From Methanobacteriota archaeon (GTDB lineage: Archaea; Methanobacteriota; Methanobacteria; Methanobacteriales; Methanobacteriaceae), in NCBI GenBank assembly GCA_963787255.1, contig CAWBCJ010000029.1, forward strand, positions 640,001 through 704,000: a stretch of 64,000 nucleotides of DNA. The letters run 5' to 3'. The first letter of the stretch is position 1. Each line of letters starts with the position of its first letter. A program made the position numbers and the translations under genes. Shown piece by piece: positions 35,300-46,450 of the stretch. Under the pieces are notes generated by a model that saw only the letters and a list, made by a program, of their open reading frames with translations, was not told where the DNA came from and searched no databases.

Positions 35300-36592
35300 T
35301 TAACCGTATATTGCTGTAAGCTCTTTTATCATCCATTGTGGGGCTTGCTGAGTTGGGACTGTCAATATGACATTGTTCATATTCTGTATAAGGAATATTG
35401 CATTTTCCCTTGGAACTTCTAGCAATATCAAGTACTGTGCATCAAGCTCTCCTAGATTTGAAGCTCTTTCAAAGTCTGATAATCTCCATCCATAAGCATT
35501 TAATGTTGAACTTACCTCGCTTTCATCCCAATTTCTAGAAGCAGCCGCCCTTAAAAGCTGTTCAACGTCATTTGACGCTGATTCACTACGTGCACTAGAT
35601 TGAATTAACGTGTTAATGGCAATGTCTTGAGCATGTGATTTATTAGCTGTAACCACGCCGCTGTCTCTTGCTCTTAAGATTGCAAGAACAGTGGCACCGC
35701 TTATGTTAGGGGTGTTGTTTGAAACGGTTTGATTTGATGTAGTATTCATTAAATAAACATCAACTGAGTTTCCAACATTAATAAGACCTCCTGCTGCCTG
35801 TAATCTTGAAATAATCATTGGAATAGCTATGGTGTCTGGAGTTTTTATTAGCATGTTAGATAAAACGCTTGCATCTGCTTCATTTACTAATTTCTGTGCA
35901 TCTACAACTTTCATTATTATATTCTTTTGACTACTTGCAGAATAAACTATCATAACTCTGCCATAGGGATCTTTTTGAGTTTCAATCTGTTGATTTTGAT
36001 ATTCTCTCCAGGCCTGTGTTGCAGGGCCAAGTACATCAACAGCAAGTGCCTGTTCTGGAGTTTCTGCGCTATCTATCTGAAGTCTAAGGTCTATTCCTCT
36101 AGGATCTGTTGCTAAAGCTCCTGTGAAGTATGTATTTACTTCATTAATCTTTGTTTGTTTTGCGCTTCCTAGTGCATCTTGATAAGGTGCATAAACTAAA
36201 AAATAATAACCGGCTCCAACAAGTACGATAAGAATAATTGCAAAAACTGCCGCACCTACAATTGTTCTTTGATCATCGTCAGGGATTCTTTTTCCAAAAC
36301 CACCCATACCTCCTTTTTCGGGTTTTTTGCGGTCTGACCTCTTTTGTGGAGGTTTAAGCCTTGGTTTTTCGCCAGGTTTGGCCATAGGCTTTGGTATTGG
36401 CCGTGGTATCTTTCTTTCGGGAGGGGCTTTCTTTTCATCTTTTTTTTCAGTATCCTTTTTGCCAGATACTTTGCTAACCATGCCCTTAAGACGCCCTCCT
36501 ATATCGGAATTACTCTTCTTTTTGTTATTTCCACGAAGATCAGGAGTATCTTTATCTTCGTCGCTTTTTTTTCCTCTTATTTTATCTAACAT
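35300..36592 (-). CDS. DUF515-family bitopic membrane protein with CpaB/RcpC-like motif
   Basis: K/P-rich cytoplasmic N-terminus, single TM, AAGGLINVGNSVDVY and TVLAI; start overlaps pssA end. Confidence 0.7.
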   Translation of the reverse strand: MLDKIRGKKSDEDKDTPDLRGNNKKKSNSDIGGRLKGMVSKVSGKKDTEKKDEKKAPPERKIPRPIPKPMAKPGEKPRLKPPQKRSDRKKPEKGGMGGFGKRIPDDDQRTIVGAAVFAIILIVLVGAGYYFLVYAPYQDALGSAKQTKINEVNTYFTGALATDPRGIDLRLQIDSAETPEQALAVDVLGPATQAWREYQNQQIETQKDPYGRVMIVYSASSQKNIIMKVVDAQKLVNEADASVLSNMLIKTPDTIAIPMIISRLQAAGGLINVGNSVDVYLMNTTSNQTVSNNTPNISGATVLAILRARDSGVVTANKSHAQDIAINTLIQSSARSESASNDVEQLLRAAASRNWDESEVSSTLNAYGWRLSDFERASNLGELDAQYLILLEVPRENAIFLIQNMNNVILTVPTQQAPQWMIKELTAIYG

Positions 36593-37292
36593 GTGGACCA
36601 CTTCTTAGGAATCTGGTGTATAAATCTATAATTGGTACTGCTAATAAGTATAGTAGCATAACGATGAATAAAAGCTTTGTGGGAAAATATGCGATAATTG
36701 ATGAAATGCTTTGGGGTAAAAGTGCTGCAATAATTAATATGCTCCCTGCAACTAATGTTTTAACACCTTTGAATTTTGGATATTTTACTGTGCTAATCAT
36801 TAACAGTGAAACCAGGATCATGATAATAAGTGCTAAATCACTGTTGAAAAATCCTGAAAGGTAAAAAGATCCCAATATCAGTGCGGTTGAGGGGATTGGT
36901 AAACCAATAAAATGTTTATCTGAGGGATCCGTGATTACATTGAACCTGGAAAGTCTCAGTATACCGCAAATAACTATCAGGAGTGCTACAATGATACTAA
37001 AGTAGGGTATTCCAAAGTTTATACTAGTTGAGTATAAAAGCATCGCTGGTGCTACTCCAAATGAGATAATATCTGATAAAGAATCAATATTTTTTCCAAA
37101 TCCGCATTCATCTTCTCTGTTTAATTTTCTAGCAACCCAGCCGTCCATTGCGTCGAAAATAACTGCTAGTAACATAAATTTGGCAGCAAGCATAAAATTG
37201 CCCATTGATATCATTACTATAGATAGAAATCCTGAAGATGCGTTAGCAATTGAAACTAAATCTGCAATAGATGTATAAGATCTGATATTCAT
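36582..37292 (-). CDS. pssA: Archaetidylserine synthase (CDP-alcohol phosphatidyltransferase)
   Basis: DAMDGWVAR...FGKNIDSLSDIISFGVAPA; RLSRFN; FIGLP. Confidence 0.92.
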   Translation of the reverse strand: MNIRSYTSIADLVSIANASSGFLSIVMISMGNFMLAAKFMLLAVIFDAMDGWVARKLNREDECGFGKNIDSLSDIISFGVAPAMLLYSTSINFGIPYFSIIVALLIVICGILRLSRFNVITDPSDKHFIGLPIPSTALILGSFYLSGFFNSDLALIIMILVSLLMISTVKYPKFKGVKTLVAGSILIIAALLPQSISSIIAYFPTKLLFIVMLLYLLAVPIIDLYTRFLRSGPHVR

Positions 37293-37546
37293 GTTAACCC
37301 ACGATCAATCATTGACAATTGGTATAAATATACTTATGTAGGATTGTCCAGAATTAAAAAGCCAAATTGATGGCTTAGAGAATATTATTAATATTTTAAG
37401 CCAAATTTTTATTATTAAATTGTTGGTTTTGCATGGGCATTATATAAATCAACTTTTCAAAAGAAAGCAAAAAGTAGCAACGAAAATCATTAAAAAAATA
37501 CCGTAATTTAGTTTTTTGTTACTTGAAATCATTTATTTCTTAAAAA

Positions 37547-38212
37547 TTAGTCATCTATCATTTTTGCAATTATAGTTTCCGCTGCTTTAGGTTTGTCCCC
37601 TTCTTCAACCATTAATTTGCAATTTTTGTATGGTAATATTAAATCGACCCTGGAGCCAAATCTAATCATCCCTAAACGTTCCCCAATCTCAACTTCATCT
37701 CCTACATTAACATATTGCACAATACGTCTTGCTACAAACCCTGCAATCTGAATAACGCCAAATTTTCCGAATTTAGAATCTATTACCACTAAATTTTTTT
37801 CATTTTCCTTTTCAATATCTCCTTTTGCAATTTTAAATTTTCCAGGACAGTATATGGCATCTACTATTTTCCCTGAAATCGGAATTCTATTTACATGAAC
37901 ATCGAAGGGAGACATGAAAGTGCTTACTCGAATTCCTTTTTCTCCTTTATCTAAAACATGTTCCATTAGATGATGGTCGTATTCTACAATCTCTATTTTA
38001 TCTATTTGTCCTTTTAATATTCTGCCATCTGCAGGAGCTACAATAACTCCCTCCCCTTCAGGTACATTTCTTTTGGGATCTCTAAAAAATTGCATTAGAA
38101 ATGCAATAATTGAAAAAATTATGAAACTCAATAAGAAATATCCAAACAGAAGTGGTAAAATTGCTAAAGTTAAGAGCACTCCTACCTTTTTTAAAGTTCC
38201 TTTAACGAACAT
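37547..38212 (-). CDS. psd: Archaetidylserine/phosphatidylserine decarboxylase proenzyme
   Basis: FFRDP, APADG, DVHVNR, self-cleavage RFGSRVD. Confidence 0.93.
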   Translation of the reverse strand: MFVKGTLKKVGVLLTLAILPLLFGYFLLSFIIFSIIAFLMQFFRDPKRNVPEGEGVIVAPADGRILKGQIDKIEIVEYDHHLMEHVLDKGEKGIRVSTFMSPFDVHVNRIPISGKIVDAIYCPGKFKIAKGDIEKENEKNLVVIDSKFGKFGVIQIAGFVARRIVQYVNVGDEVEIGERLGMIRFGSRVDLILPYKNCKLMVEEGDKPKAAETIIAKMIDD

Positions 38213-38645
38213 TTGTATCACAAGTTTGTAAATTTGAATAATAATGAATTTTACTAAATATTTTTGTTTATTTATCTTTAATAGGTTTTTTTCACTTTTA
38301 TTATATGTTATATATAATATGAATAGTTTTTTAAATCCATTAACTGTTTAATACAATTACTACAACAAAAACAAAAACCTTTAAATATCTTTTTGTTAAA
38401 ATAATATTATTTAATTATCCTTTTTGCATCTTTTTAATCTATTAATATGCATTTAAGTTACTATTTTATCATTTTATAAAAGTTTATATAAGCATTCATC
38501 TTATAATTTGTCATATATTATAATATAAAAGATTTATAAATTTATACTGTATATTACATATAATGGATTCAAATATATCCCCAGTATCTAAAATATTATT
38601 ATTAAACTAAAATAACGGATCTTTACCATGAAGACGTGGTAGTTT

Positions 38646-39275
38646 ATGATTGAAAATAAAATTAAAACATTAAGACAGGCTGCAAAGGTATCCACTGTGC
38701 AGGATTCAGATAAAATATGGTGTGTTATAGCAGGTAATGAAGAAATGGTTAATAATATTGCCTATGAAGCCATAGTAAACAAAGAAAGAGTTAAAGTACT
38801 GTTTAGAGAGCATATTACCTCGAGAGAATCTTTCGTTACCAAAAAATTTGATTTTATCATGTTATATGGTGAAACCAGTAAAATTAGGGATCTGAGCTCT
38901 ATATCTAAAGAAAACGGTGGAGCATACCTTAAGATAGCCCCATATTACGTTAAGGAAGAATCTAATCTAATGCTGGTTGTAGGGCCTGAAGACAGCATTA
39001 AGAAGTTTCTAGGCGATATTGAAAAAAGCACAGTTAAGGCTTCTTTCCTTTTAGAAGATAAAACAACCGGTTTTATAGAATCTGATGTTTATATAACTCG
39101 ATGGATGCCTAATTTCGTTCGAAATGTGGCGGATCCATTATTTAAAATGGCGGATGTCGCATTATCAACAGTTCTAATATCAACTGAGGAAGAACACATC
39201 GAGAAAATCAAAGAAACAGCTAAGAATAATAAAATATTTGCTATAAGATTTAAAGATATTTTGAAGGAGGAATAA
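38646..39275 (+). CDS. Hypothetical protein coupled to the mreB-like gene
   Basis: 209-aa ORF ending 1 nt before the mreB start; the GGAGG SD lies in its 3' end. Confidence 0.7.
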   Translation: MIENKIKTLRQAAKVSTVQDSDKIWCVIAGNEEMVNNIAYEAIVNKERVKVLFREHITSRESFVTKKFDFIMLYGETSKIRDLSSISKENGGAYLKIAPYYVKEESNLMLVVGPEDSIKKFLGDIEKSTVKASFLLEDKTTGFIESDVYITRWMPNFVRNVADPLFKMADVALSTVLISTEEEHIEKIKETAKNNKIFAIRFKDILKEE

Positions 39276-39276
39276 A

Positions 39277-40350
39277 ATGAATCTTTTTGGAAAAAAGAAG
39301 GAAGAAGAAGAAATAAAGAAGGAAGGAATGGATAATACATTGGGAATTGATTTAGGTACACTTAACACTGTCGTTGCAAAACCATCAGGAGATAAATTTG
39401 ATCTTTATAAAATACCATCAGTAGTTGCCGTTAAAAAAGAAGATCCTTCATACGTGCTTGCAGTAGGTAACGATGCTAAATCTATGCTTGGAAGAACTCC
39501 GGAAGATATTGTAGCTGTAAGGCCTCTTAGAAAAGGAGTTATAGAAAGCGTGGCTCAAGCAGAAGCTCTATTAATCTACGCAATGGATAAAGGTGCAGGA
39601 GAGTCCATGGAACATATCGATAGGATTGTTATAGGTATTCCTGGAGACGCATCAGAAGTTGAAAAAAACGCTGTTGAGGAAATTGGTAGAAAAGCAGGGG
39701 CTAGTTATGTTTTAGTTATAAGTGAAGGGCTTGCAGCAGCCATAGGTGCAGGATTACCAATTGCAGAAGCATCAGGTACTATGGTTATTGACATAGGTGC
39801 AGGTTCAAGTGATATTGTTGTTATTTCACTTGGCGGAATTACAGATATCGAAACTGTAAGGCTTGGTGGAGATAACATTGATGATAATATCGTGGATAAA
39901 GTTAAAGAAATGTTCAAAGTTGAAATAGGAATTCACGAAGCTGAAAAAGCTAAAATGGAAGTAGGAATGGTGAATTCAGGTTCAGATCTTGAAATCGTAA
40001 AAACTACAGTAATTGGTAAGGATATGGAAACTAACAAGCCAAGAGAAGTGGAAATAGATTCAAAATTAGTTGCAGACGCTGCAGAACCTGTTGTTGCAAA
40101 ACTTATTGAAGCATTAGCACTAATTTTAGAAAGAATGTCTCCAGAACTTATATCTGGAGTTTACAGGGAGACAGTAGTTGTAGGTGGAACATCACAGCTT
40201 AGAGGATTAAAAGAAAGGATATTTGATGAAGTAGGCATCCCTGTTGAAATTTCAGATGATCCTATGACAGTTGTTGCTAAAGGAGCTGCCATTGTGGCTG
40301 CAGAGCCAAGGGCACTTGAACCAGAAGTACGTTTAAAAGCAATGAAATAA
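39277..40350 (+). CDS. mreB: MreB/Mbl-like actin-fold ATPase
   Basis: GIDLGT, RPLRKGVI, AAAIGAGLP, DIGAGSSD, VGGTSQL. Confidence 0.88.
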   Translation: MNLFGKKKEEEEIKKEGMDNTLGIDLGTLNTVVAKPSGDKFDLYKIPSVVAVKKEDPSYVLAVGNDAKSMLGRTPEDIVAVRPLRKGVIESVAQAEALLIYAMDKGAGESMEHIDRIVIGIPGDASEVEKNAVEEIGRKAGASYVLVISEGLAAAIGAGLPIAEASGTMVIDIGAGSSDIVVISLGGITDIETVRLGGDNIDDNIVDKVKEMFKVEIGIHEAEKAKMEVGMVNSGSDLEIVKTTVIGKDMETNKPREVEIDSKLVADAAEPVVAKLIEALALILERMSPELISGVYRETVVVGGTSQLRGLKERIFDEVGIPVEISDDPMTVVAKGAAIVAAEPRALEPEVRLKAMK

Positions 40351-40402
40351 ATTTCCTTTTTTTATACCTTTTTTTATTTTAACGAAATTTTTTAAAGATA
40401 AC

Positions 40403-41014
40403 ATGAAAATAATAGGCATAGACGAGGCAGGAAGAGGACCAGTAATAGGCCCTCTTGTTGTTGGTGGGGTTGCAGTTGAAGAAGAAAAACTGGAAAAACT
40501 AGAAAAGCTCCAGTTAAAGGATTCTAAAAGGTTAACTCCTGGAAGAAGGAAAGTAATGGCAAGAAGAATAGATAAGATAGCAGAATGCCATACAGTCCAC
40601 ATACAGGCCATGGATATAGATAATTTAAGGGCTAAAAACATCAATTTAAATGAAATTGAAAAAATTGCCATTAAAAAAGTTATTGGAATGTCTAATCCCG
40701 ATGTAGCTTACATAGATTGTCTAGATGTCAAACCTCAAAGATTTTGCAACGAAATGGAACTTTTTAGAGATGGTCTTAAAGTTATAGCCGAGCATAAAGC
40801 TGAGGATAAATATCCTATTGTCGCGGCGGCTTCCATTGTTGCTAAAGTCGAACGAGACATGGAAATTGAAAAACTAAAAAAAGAATACAGAGATATAGGA
40901 TCTGGATATCCAAGCGATCCTAAAACAATTGCATTTTTAAAGAGATTTTCCTATGAAAATCTACCTGATTTTGTTAGAAAGTCATGGGCTACGGTAAAAA
41001 AGAATCAGAAGTAA
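40403..41014 (+). CDS. rnhB: Ribonuclease HII
   Basis: GIDEAGRGP, DSK, AASIVAKV, GSGYPSD. Confidence 0.96.
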   Translation: MKIIGIDEAGRGPVIGPLVVGGVAVEEEKLEKLEKLQLKDSKRLTPGRRKVMARRIDKIAECHTVHIQAMDIDNLRAKNINLNEIEKIAIKKVIGMSNPDVAYIDCLDVKPQRFCNEMELFRDGLKVIAEHKAEDKYPIVAAASIVAKVERDMEIEKLKKEYRDIGSGYPSDPKTIAFLKRFSYENLPDFVRKSWATVKKNQK

Positions 41015-41112
41015 TCAGTATCATTAAATAACGAAAAGAAATACTAAAAACTGAATATACAGTAATTAAACAGATATCATGTCATAAAAAAATCAGCGGG
41101 AACTTAGATACA

Positions 41113-41952
<840 letters not shown>

Positions 41953-41969
41953 TTTCAGGAAGTAATCCC

Positions 41970-42368
41970 ATGGCTATGGACGTAAACAAGTATAGAAACA
42001 AATTACGAAATAATAACCCACGTTTCAACATGGTTCCATTTATTGATATTATTTTTACGATTCTAATTTTTTTAATGGTTACAAGCAGCTTCGGCGCTGC
42101 AGATCAAACCCAATCTGTTTCTGGAAAACCACAAGTATCACAGCAAACTGGTGGACCGTCTGAATATTATTTAATCCCAGTTGCAGGTTTAAAAAAGGTA
42201 ACGGTTAATGGAATAGACATGTCAAGCTATATAAGGAATGGTGCAATTGCAGTTCATACAACTGTAATTGATGAGGGTGAAATAATAATAAGGCCTAAAA
42301 ATGGAGAAATTATTATAACTACTCCTACTAATTTTCCTCCAAATGAGGCAGTAAAGGCATCAATATGA
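41970..42368 (+). CDS. ExbD/TolR-like protein
   Basis: NMVPFIDIIFTILIFLMV with the conserved TM Asp. Confidence 0.88.
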   Translation: MAMDVNKYRNKLRNNNPRFNMVPFIDIIFTILIFLMVTSSFGAADQTQSVSGKPQVSQQTGGPSEYYLIPVAGLKKVTVNGIDMSSYIRNGAIAVHTTVIDEGEIIIRPKNGEIIITTPTNFPPNEAVKASI

Positions 42369-42460
42369 TAATTTAAATAAATCTAAATCATAAATATGGT
42401 TATGGCTGAATAGATTTAACTATTATAATTATGTAATAGGTATTCAAAGGTGTAAAAAAA

Positions 42461-43063
42461 ATGTATCTTGGAAGAATATTAGCAGTGGGAAGTACAGAAA
42501 TGGGAAATTTCGTTGCATACAGAGTTTCAAGCAGGTCTTTTCCTAATAGAATGGTAAAAACGTTTGAAGAAAGGGCTGCGATTGTGCCCAAGGAAGGACA
42601 TGAGAAGGATGTTTTTAAAAATCCTTACATTGCCTATAACTGTATAAGAATTGTAGATGATATTGCAGTAGTATCAAACGGTGCTCATACAGATATAATT
42701 GCCGAAAAAATAGCTTCGGGCATGAATATCCGTGATTCAATTGCATTAACATTACTTACTATGGATTATGAGAAAGATGACTTCAACACTCCCCGAATTG
42801 CAGGAGCGACAACTTTAGGTGGAGATTCTTATATTGGAATAGTTACTCATGAAGATTTAATAGTTGAAAAAGTTAGAGCTGATGAAGCCTGTTATATTTC
42901 AACATACGAACATACCAAGCCAAATTATGTTGAATTTATATGCAGTGATGCAGAGGATGCCGCCAGATTCATATATGACGGTGGAAAATTTGAAGAATTT
43001 ACTAATCCTGTGGATTCAGTGGCTGCATTTGCAGATAAGAGATGGGAAATCAAATCTCTTTAA
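42461..43063 (+). CDS. purO: Archaeal IMP cyclohydrolase
   Basis: [37 protein letters not shown]. Confidence 0.93.
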   Translation: MYLGRILAVGSTEMGNFVAYRVSSRSFPNRMVKTFEERAAIVPKEGHEKDVFKNPYIAYNCIRIVDDIAVVSNGAHTDIIAEKIASGMNIRDSIALTLLTMDYEKDDFNTPRIAGATTLGGDSYIGIVTHEDLIVEKVRADEACYISTYEHTKPNYVEFICSDAEDAARFIYDGGKFEEFTNPVDSVAAFADKRWEIKSL

Positions 43064-43091
43064 TTTACTTCTTTTATTTTTAGGTGGATAA

Positions 43092-43853
43092 ATGGAAATA
43101 AGGGTCATTGGAATAGAAAATATCCCTCTTGTAGATGAAGGAGATGATATCGCTGCCTTGATATTAAACGCAATCTCAGACGAAAGTATCGAAGTTGAAA
43201 ACGACGATGTTATCGTTATAGCTGAAACAATAATATCCAAGGCAGAAGGAAATAAAATCATCCTTGAATCTATTGAACCCAGCTTAAAAGCATTAGAAAT
43301 AGCGGAAAAAACAGGAAAGGATCCTCAACTTGTAGAAGCAATTATCGAAAAATCAAATGAAATAATAAAAGTAGGGCCTGATTTTATAATTTCTGAAACA
43401 AAACATGGATTTGTATGCGCAAATGCGGGAATAGACGAATCAAATGTTGAAAAGGGCATTGCAACCCCAATTCCAGAGGATCCAGATAAAAGCGCTGAAA
43501 TTATAAGAAAAAAAATAGAAAAAACAGTTCAAAAAGAAATAGTTGTCATAATATCTGATACACAGGGAAGAGCATTTAGAGAAGGTGCTATTGGAACGGC
43601 TGTTGGAATATCGGGCATGGTTCCGTTGTGGGATAGGAAAGGAGAAAAAGATTTATACGATAGAGAACTTCAAACCACAAGCATTGCAGTTGCAGATGAA
43701 TTAGCATCAGCAGCATCTATTTTAATGGGGCAGGCTGATGAAGGGATACCTATTGTCATTATACGTGGAGTTAGCTACGTTCAAAGCTTAAGAAACAACA
43801 AAGGAACATCTAAAGATTTAATAAGACCTAAAAAATATGATGTTTTTAGATAA
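43092..43853 (+). CDS. cofE: Coenzyme F420:L-glutamate ligase
   Basis: [31 protein letters not shown]. Confidence 0.93.
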   Translation: MEIRVIGIENIPLVDEGDDIAALILNAISDESIEVENDDVIVIAETIISKAEGNKIILESIEPSLKALEIAEKTGKDPQLVEAIIEKSNEIIKVGPDFIISETKHGFVCANAGIDESNVEKGIATPIPEDPDKSAEIIRKKIEKTVQKEIVVIISDTQGRAFREGAIGTAVGISGMVPLWDRKGEKDLYDRELQTTSIAVADELASAASILMGQADEGIPIVIIRGVSYVQSLRNNKGTSKDLIRPKKYDVFR

Positions 43854-43927
43854 AATAACTTAACTTATATTATTTGCTTTAATTATTCACGGCTAGAAGT
43901 TTATTAAAAAATTTAAAAGAGGATTAA

Positions 43928-44824
43928 ATGATATCAGTACTTTCTGGCGGAACTGGAACGCCAAAATTAATTCAGGGAATGCTTGAAATACTTGATCCTG
44001 GTGATCTAAATATAATTGTAAATACTGTAGAAAATACATATATATCCGGAAACTATATAGCACCAGACATAGACACTGTGATGTATACTCTTGCCGGAAT
44101 TATTAATGAAAATACATGGTACGGTATCAAAGATGATACATTTATAACCCATGAAACATTAAAAAAAATCAGGCATGAGGAAGTTTTAAGAATTGGAGAC
44201 AAAGATCGCGCCATAAAAATTCAAAAAACAATGTTAATGGAGAGATATCCTCTTTCTAAGGTTGTGGATATTCAAAGAAAGAATTTGGGCGTTAAATCAA
44301 AGATCATTCCCATGAGTGATGATCAATCACATATCAAGATCATAACAGGCGAAGGAGAAATGGGTTTCCACAAATTTCTGGTTGAAAAAAGGGGAATGCC
44401 GGAAGTTGAAGACGTGATATACAATAACGTGGAACCTTCAGAAGATTTAATCAATACAATTGAATCTTCAGACATGGTTGTAATAGGGCCATCCAATCCC
44501 ATAACATCTATAGGGCCTATAATATCAATAAAAGGCGTCAAAAAAGCGCTTAAAAACGTTTATGTCGTTGCAGTTTCACCTATTATTGGTGGAAAACCTG
44601 TAAGCGGACCTGCAGCAAAGTTCATGAATGCATTGGACATTGAGGTGTCTAGCAGGGGAGTCGCATCACTTTACCAGGAATTTCTAGACAAGTTTATTAT
44701 AGATGTTGAGGATACTGAATCCAAGAAAAAAATAGAAAAACTAATATCTGATGTTAGTATAACAAAAACAAACATGAAGACCATCAATGATAAAGTTAAT
44801 TTAGCAAGATGTATTTTTGGGTGA
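43928..44824 (+). CDS. cofD: 2-phospho-L-lactate transferase
   Basis: [29 protein letters not shown]. Confidence 0.93.
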   Translation: MISVLSGGTGTPKLIQGMLEILDPGDLNIIVNTVENTYISGNYIAPDIDTVMYTLAGIINENTWYGIKDDTFITHETLKKIRHEEVLRIGDKDRAIKIQKTMLMERYPLSKVVDIQRKNLGVKSKIIPMSDDQSHIKIITGEGEMGFHKFLVEKRGMPEVEDVIYNNVEPSEDLINTIESSDMVVIGPSNPITSIGPIISIKGVKKALKNVYVVAVSPIIGGKPVSGPAAKFMNALDIEVSSRGVASLYQEFLDKFIIDVEDTESKKKIEKLISDVSITKTNMKTINDKVNLARCIFG

Positions 44825-44830
44825 AATTGT

Positions 44831-45586
44831 ATGATACAAATGACTTTAATTCAAATCGATAATTACGGTCCATGGACTGTTACACCGGCGCCAAGGGCTG
44901 AAGCAGACCTTCAAATTTTACAAGCAGAACTTTACGCGGATCTTCAAAGACAATTTGCTGCCAAAGGTGGACTTGTTTTCTTCACCCGTTTTGACAATAT
45001 GCTTGCAATCACCAACAACGTGGACGTGGAAGATCACCTTAGAATTCAGAAATCAATTGGAAACAGATACCCTATAACTGTGAGTATGGGTGTGGGAGCA
45101 GCTGAAACACCTTATGAAGCTCAAAGAAATGCCACCGCAGCTCTTCAAAACTATGGGGGGGCGCAATCTGAAGATAGAACTGAGATTCTAGCAATAGATG
45201 GTCTTGTAAACAAGGAGAACAGCTTTGTTCAAATTGCTCATATTGATATAAATGGAATTACAGATTCCTTAACTGATATTATTCCTGCTTATGATACTTC
45301 TTTTATTGTAAATAGAGTTCAGCACTTTTTAATGAAAAAGTTAATTGAGAAAGGATCGCTTTTATTTTTCATAGGTGGGGATAACTTCATGTCTCCATGT
45401 AACGGTCTTAAACCAGAGGGAATTTTAAAAATAATTGAAGAAATTGAAGATGAAACTAATATAGCACTTAAAGCAGGTGTTGGAAAGGCTCCAACTGCTG
45501 AAAAAGCTGCTAATCTGGCGGATCTTGCTCTTGAAGAGATACGGGGTGGTTTCACATATGATCTTGTCCATGTCATGAAGGAGTAG
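44831..45586 (+). CDS. gch3: GTP cyclohydrolase III
   Basis: [23 protein letters not shown]. Confidence 0.92.
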   Translation: MIQMTLIQIDNYGPWTVTPAPRAEADLQILQAELYADLQRQFAAKGGLVFFTRFDNMLAITNNVDVEDHLRIQKSIGNRYPITVSMGVGAAETPYEAQRNATAALQNYGGAQSEDRTEILAIDGLVNKENSFVQIAHIDINGITDSLTDIIPAYDTSFIVNRVQHFLMKKLIEKGSLLFFIGGDNFMSPCNGLKPEGILKIIEEIEDETNIALKAGVGKAPTAEKAANLADLALEEIRGGFTYDLVHVMKE

Positions 45587-45676
45587 ATATTCTTTATTAT
45601 TTTCCACATTTTTTATTACATTTATCAAATATTTTATGAAGTTCGGGAGTGGGATTCTATTAAAGTTTTAGCGCCA

Positions 45677-46399
45677 ATGGCAGGAATAACCGACGGGAAC
45701 TTCTGCAAAAAAATAGCCAATCAAGGCTTTGATGTAATGACAATTGGCGGCTACAATTTAGATAAAAAAACCATAGAAGCGGGCCGTAAAATTATTCAAA
45801 GAGGAAGGCATGAATTTGATATAGAAGAAGAGAATATAATATATTCTATTAAAAAGGAAGCAGCTTTAATAAAAAATTCATGGAAGGGTATTGTATCTGC
45901 AAACTTGCGTTCAACATCTCCCCAAAAAATAGTTGAAATATCAAAATTACCTGAAATCGATGTTGTAGAGATTAATGCACACTGCAGGCAACCGGAAATA
46001 ACAGAAATCGGTTGCGGACAAGCGCTTCTTTATGATACTGAAAGATTATATGATTATACAAAAACTGTAGTTGAAAATGCAGATAGCAAAGTATCAGTCA
46101 AAATCAGGGCAAACATTGAAAATGTAGACGATATAAACATTTCAAAGGCTATTCAAGAAGCAGGTGCAGATTTCCTGCACGTAGATGCCATGAAGCCAGG
46201 ATACAACTATGCAGACTACGAATTGATAAAATCAATTAAAGAAAAAACTGAAATATTTTTAATAGGCAACAATTCTATCCGCGATTTAGAATCTGCACAA
46301 AAAATGATTTCTGCAGGTGCAGATGGAATTTCAATTGCAAGAGCGGTAATGAATGGAAAAATTCCATTTGATCTTTCCAAAATAAAATTTTTAATATAA
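45677..46399 (+). CDS. MJ0144-family dihydrouridine-synthase-like TIM-barrel flavoprotein
   Basis: (LAP)MAGITD, EINAHCRQ, SVKIR, IGNNSI; start may lie upstream (ATT at 45659). Confidence 0.8.
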   Translation: MAGITDGNFCKKIANQGFDVMTIGGYNLDKKTIEAGRKIIQRGRHEFDIEEENIIYSIKKEAALIKNSWKGIVSANLRSTSPQKIVEISKLPEIDVVEINAHCRQPEITEIGCGQALLYDTERLYDYTKTVVENADSKVSVKIRANIENVDDINISKAIQEAGADFLHVDAMKPGYNYADYELIKSIKEKTEIFLIGNNSIRDLESAQKMISAGADGISIARAVMNGKIPFDLSKIKFLI

Positions 46400-46450
46400 A
46401 CCTTGAGATCATATATAATAATTGCAAACTATAATTTCGAAGGTGATTGC

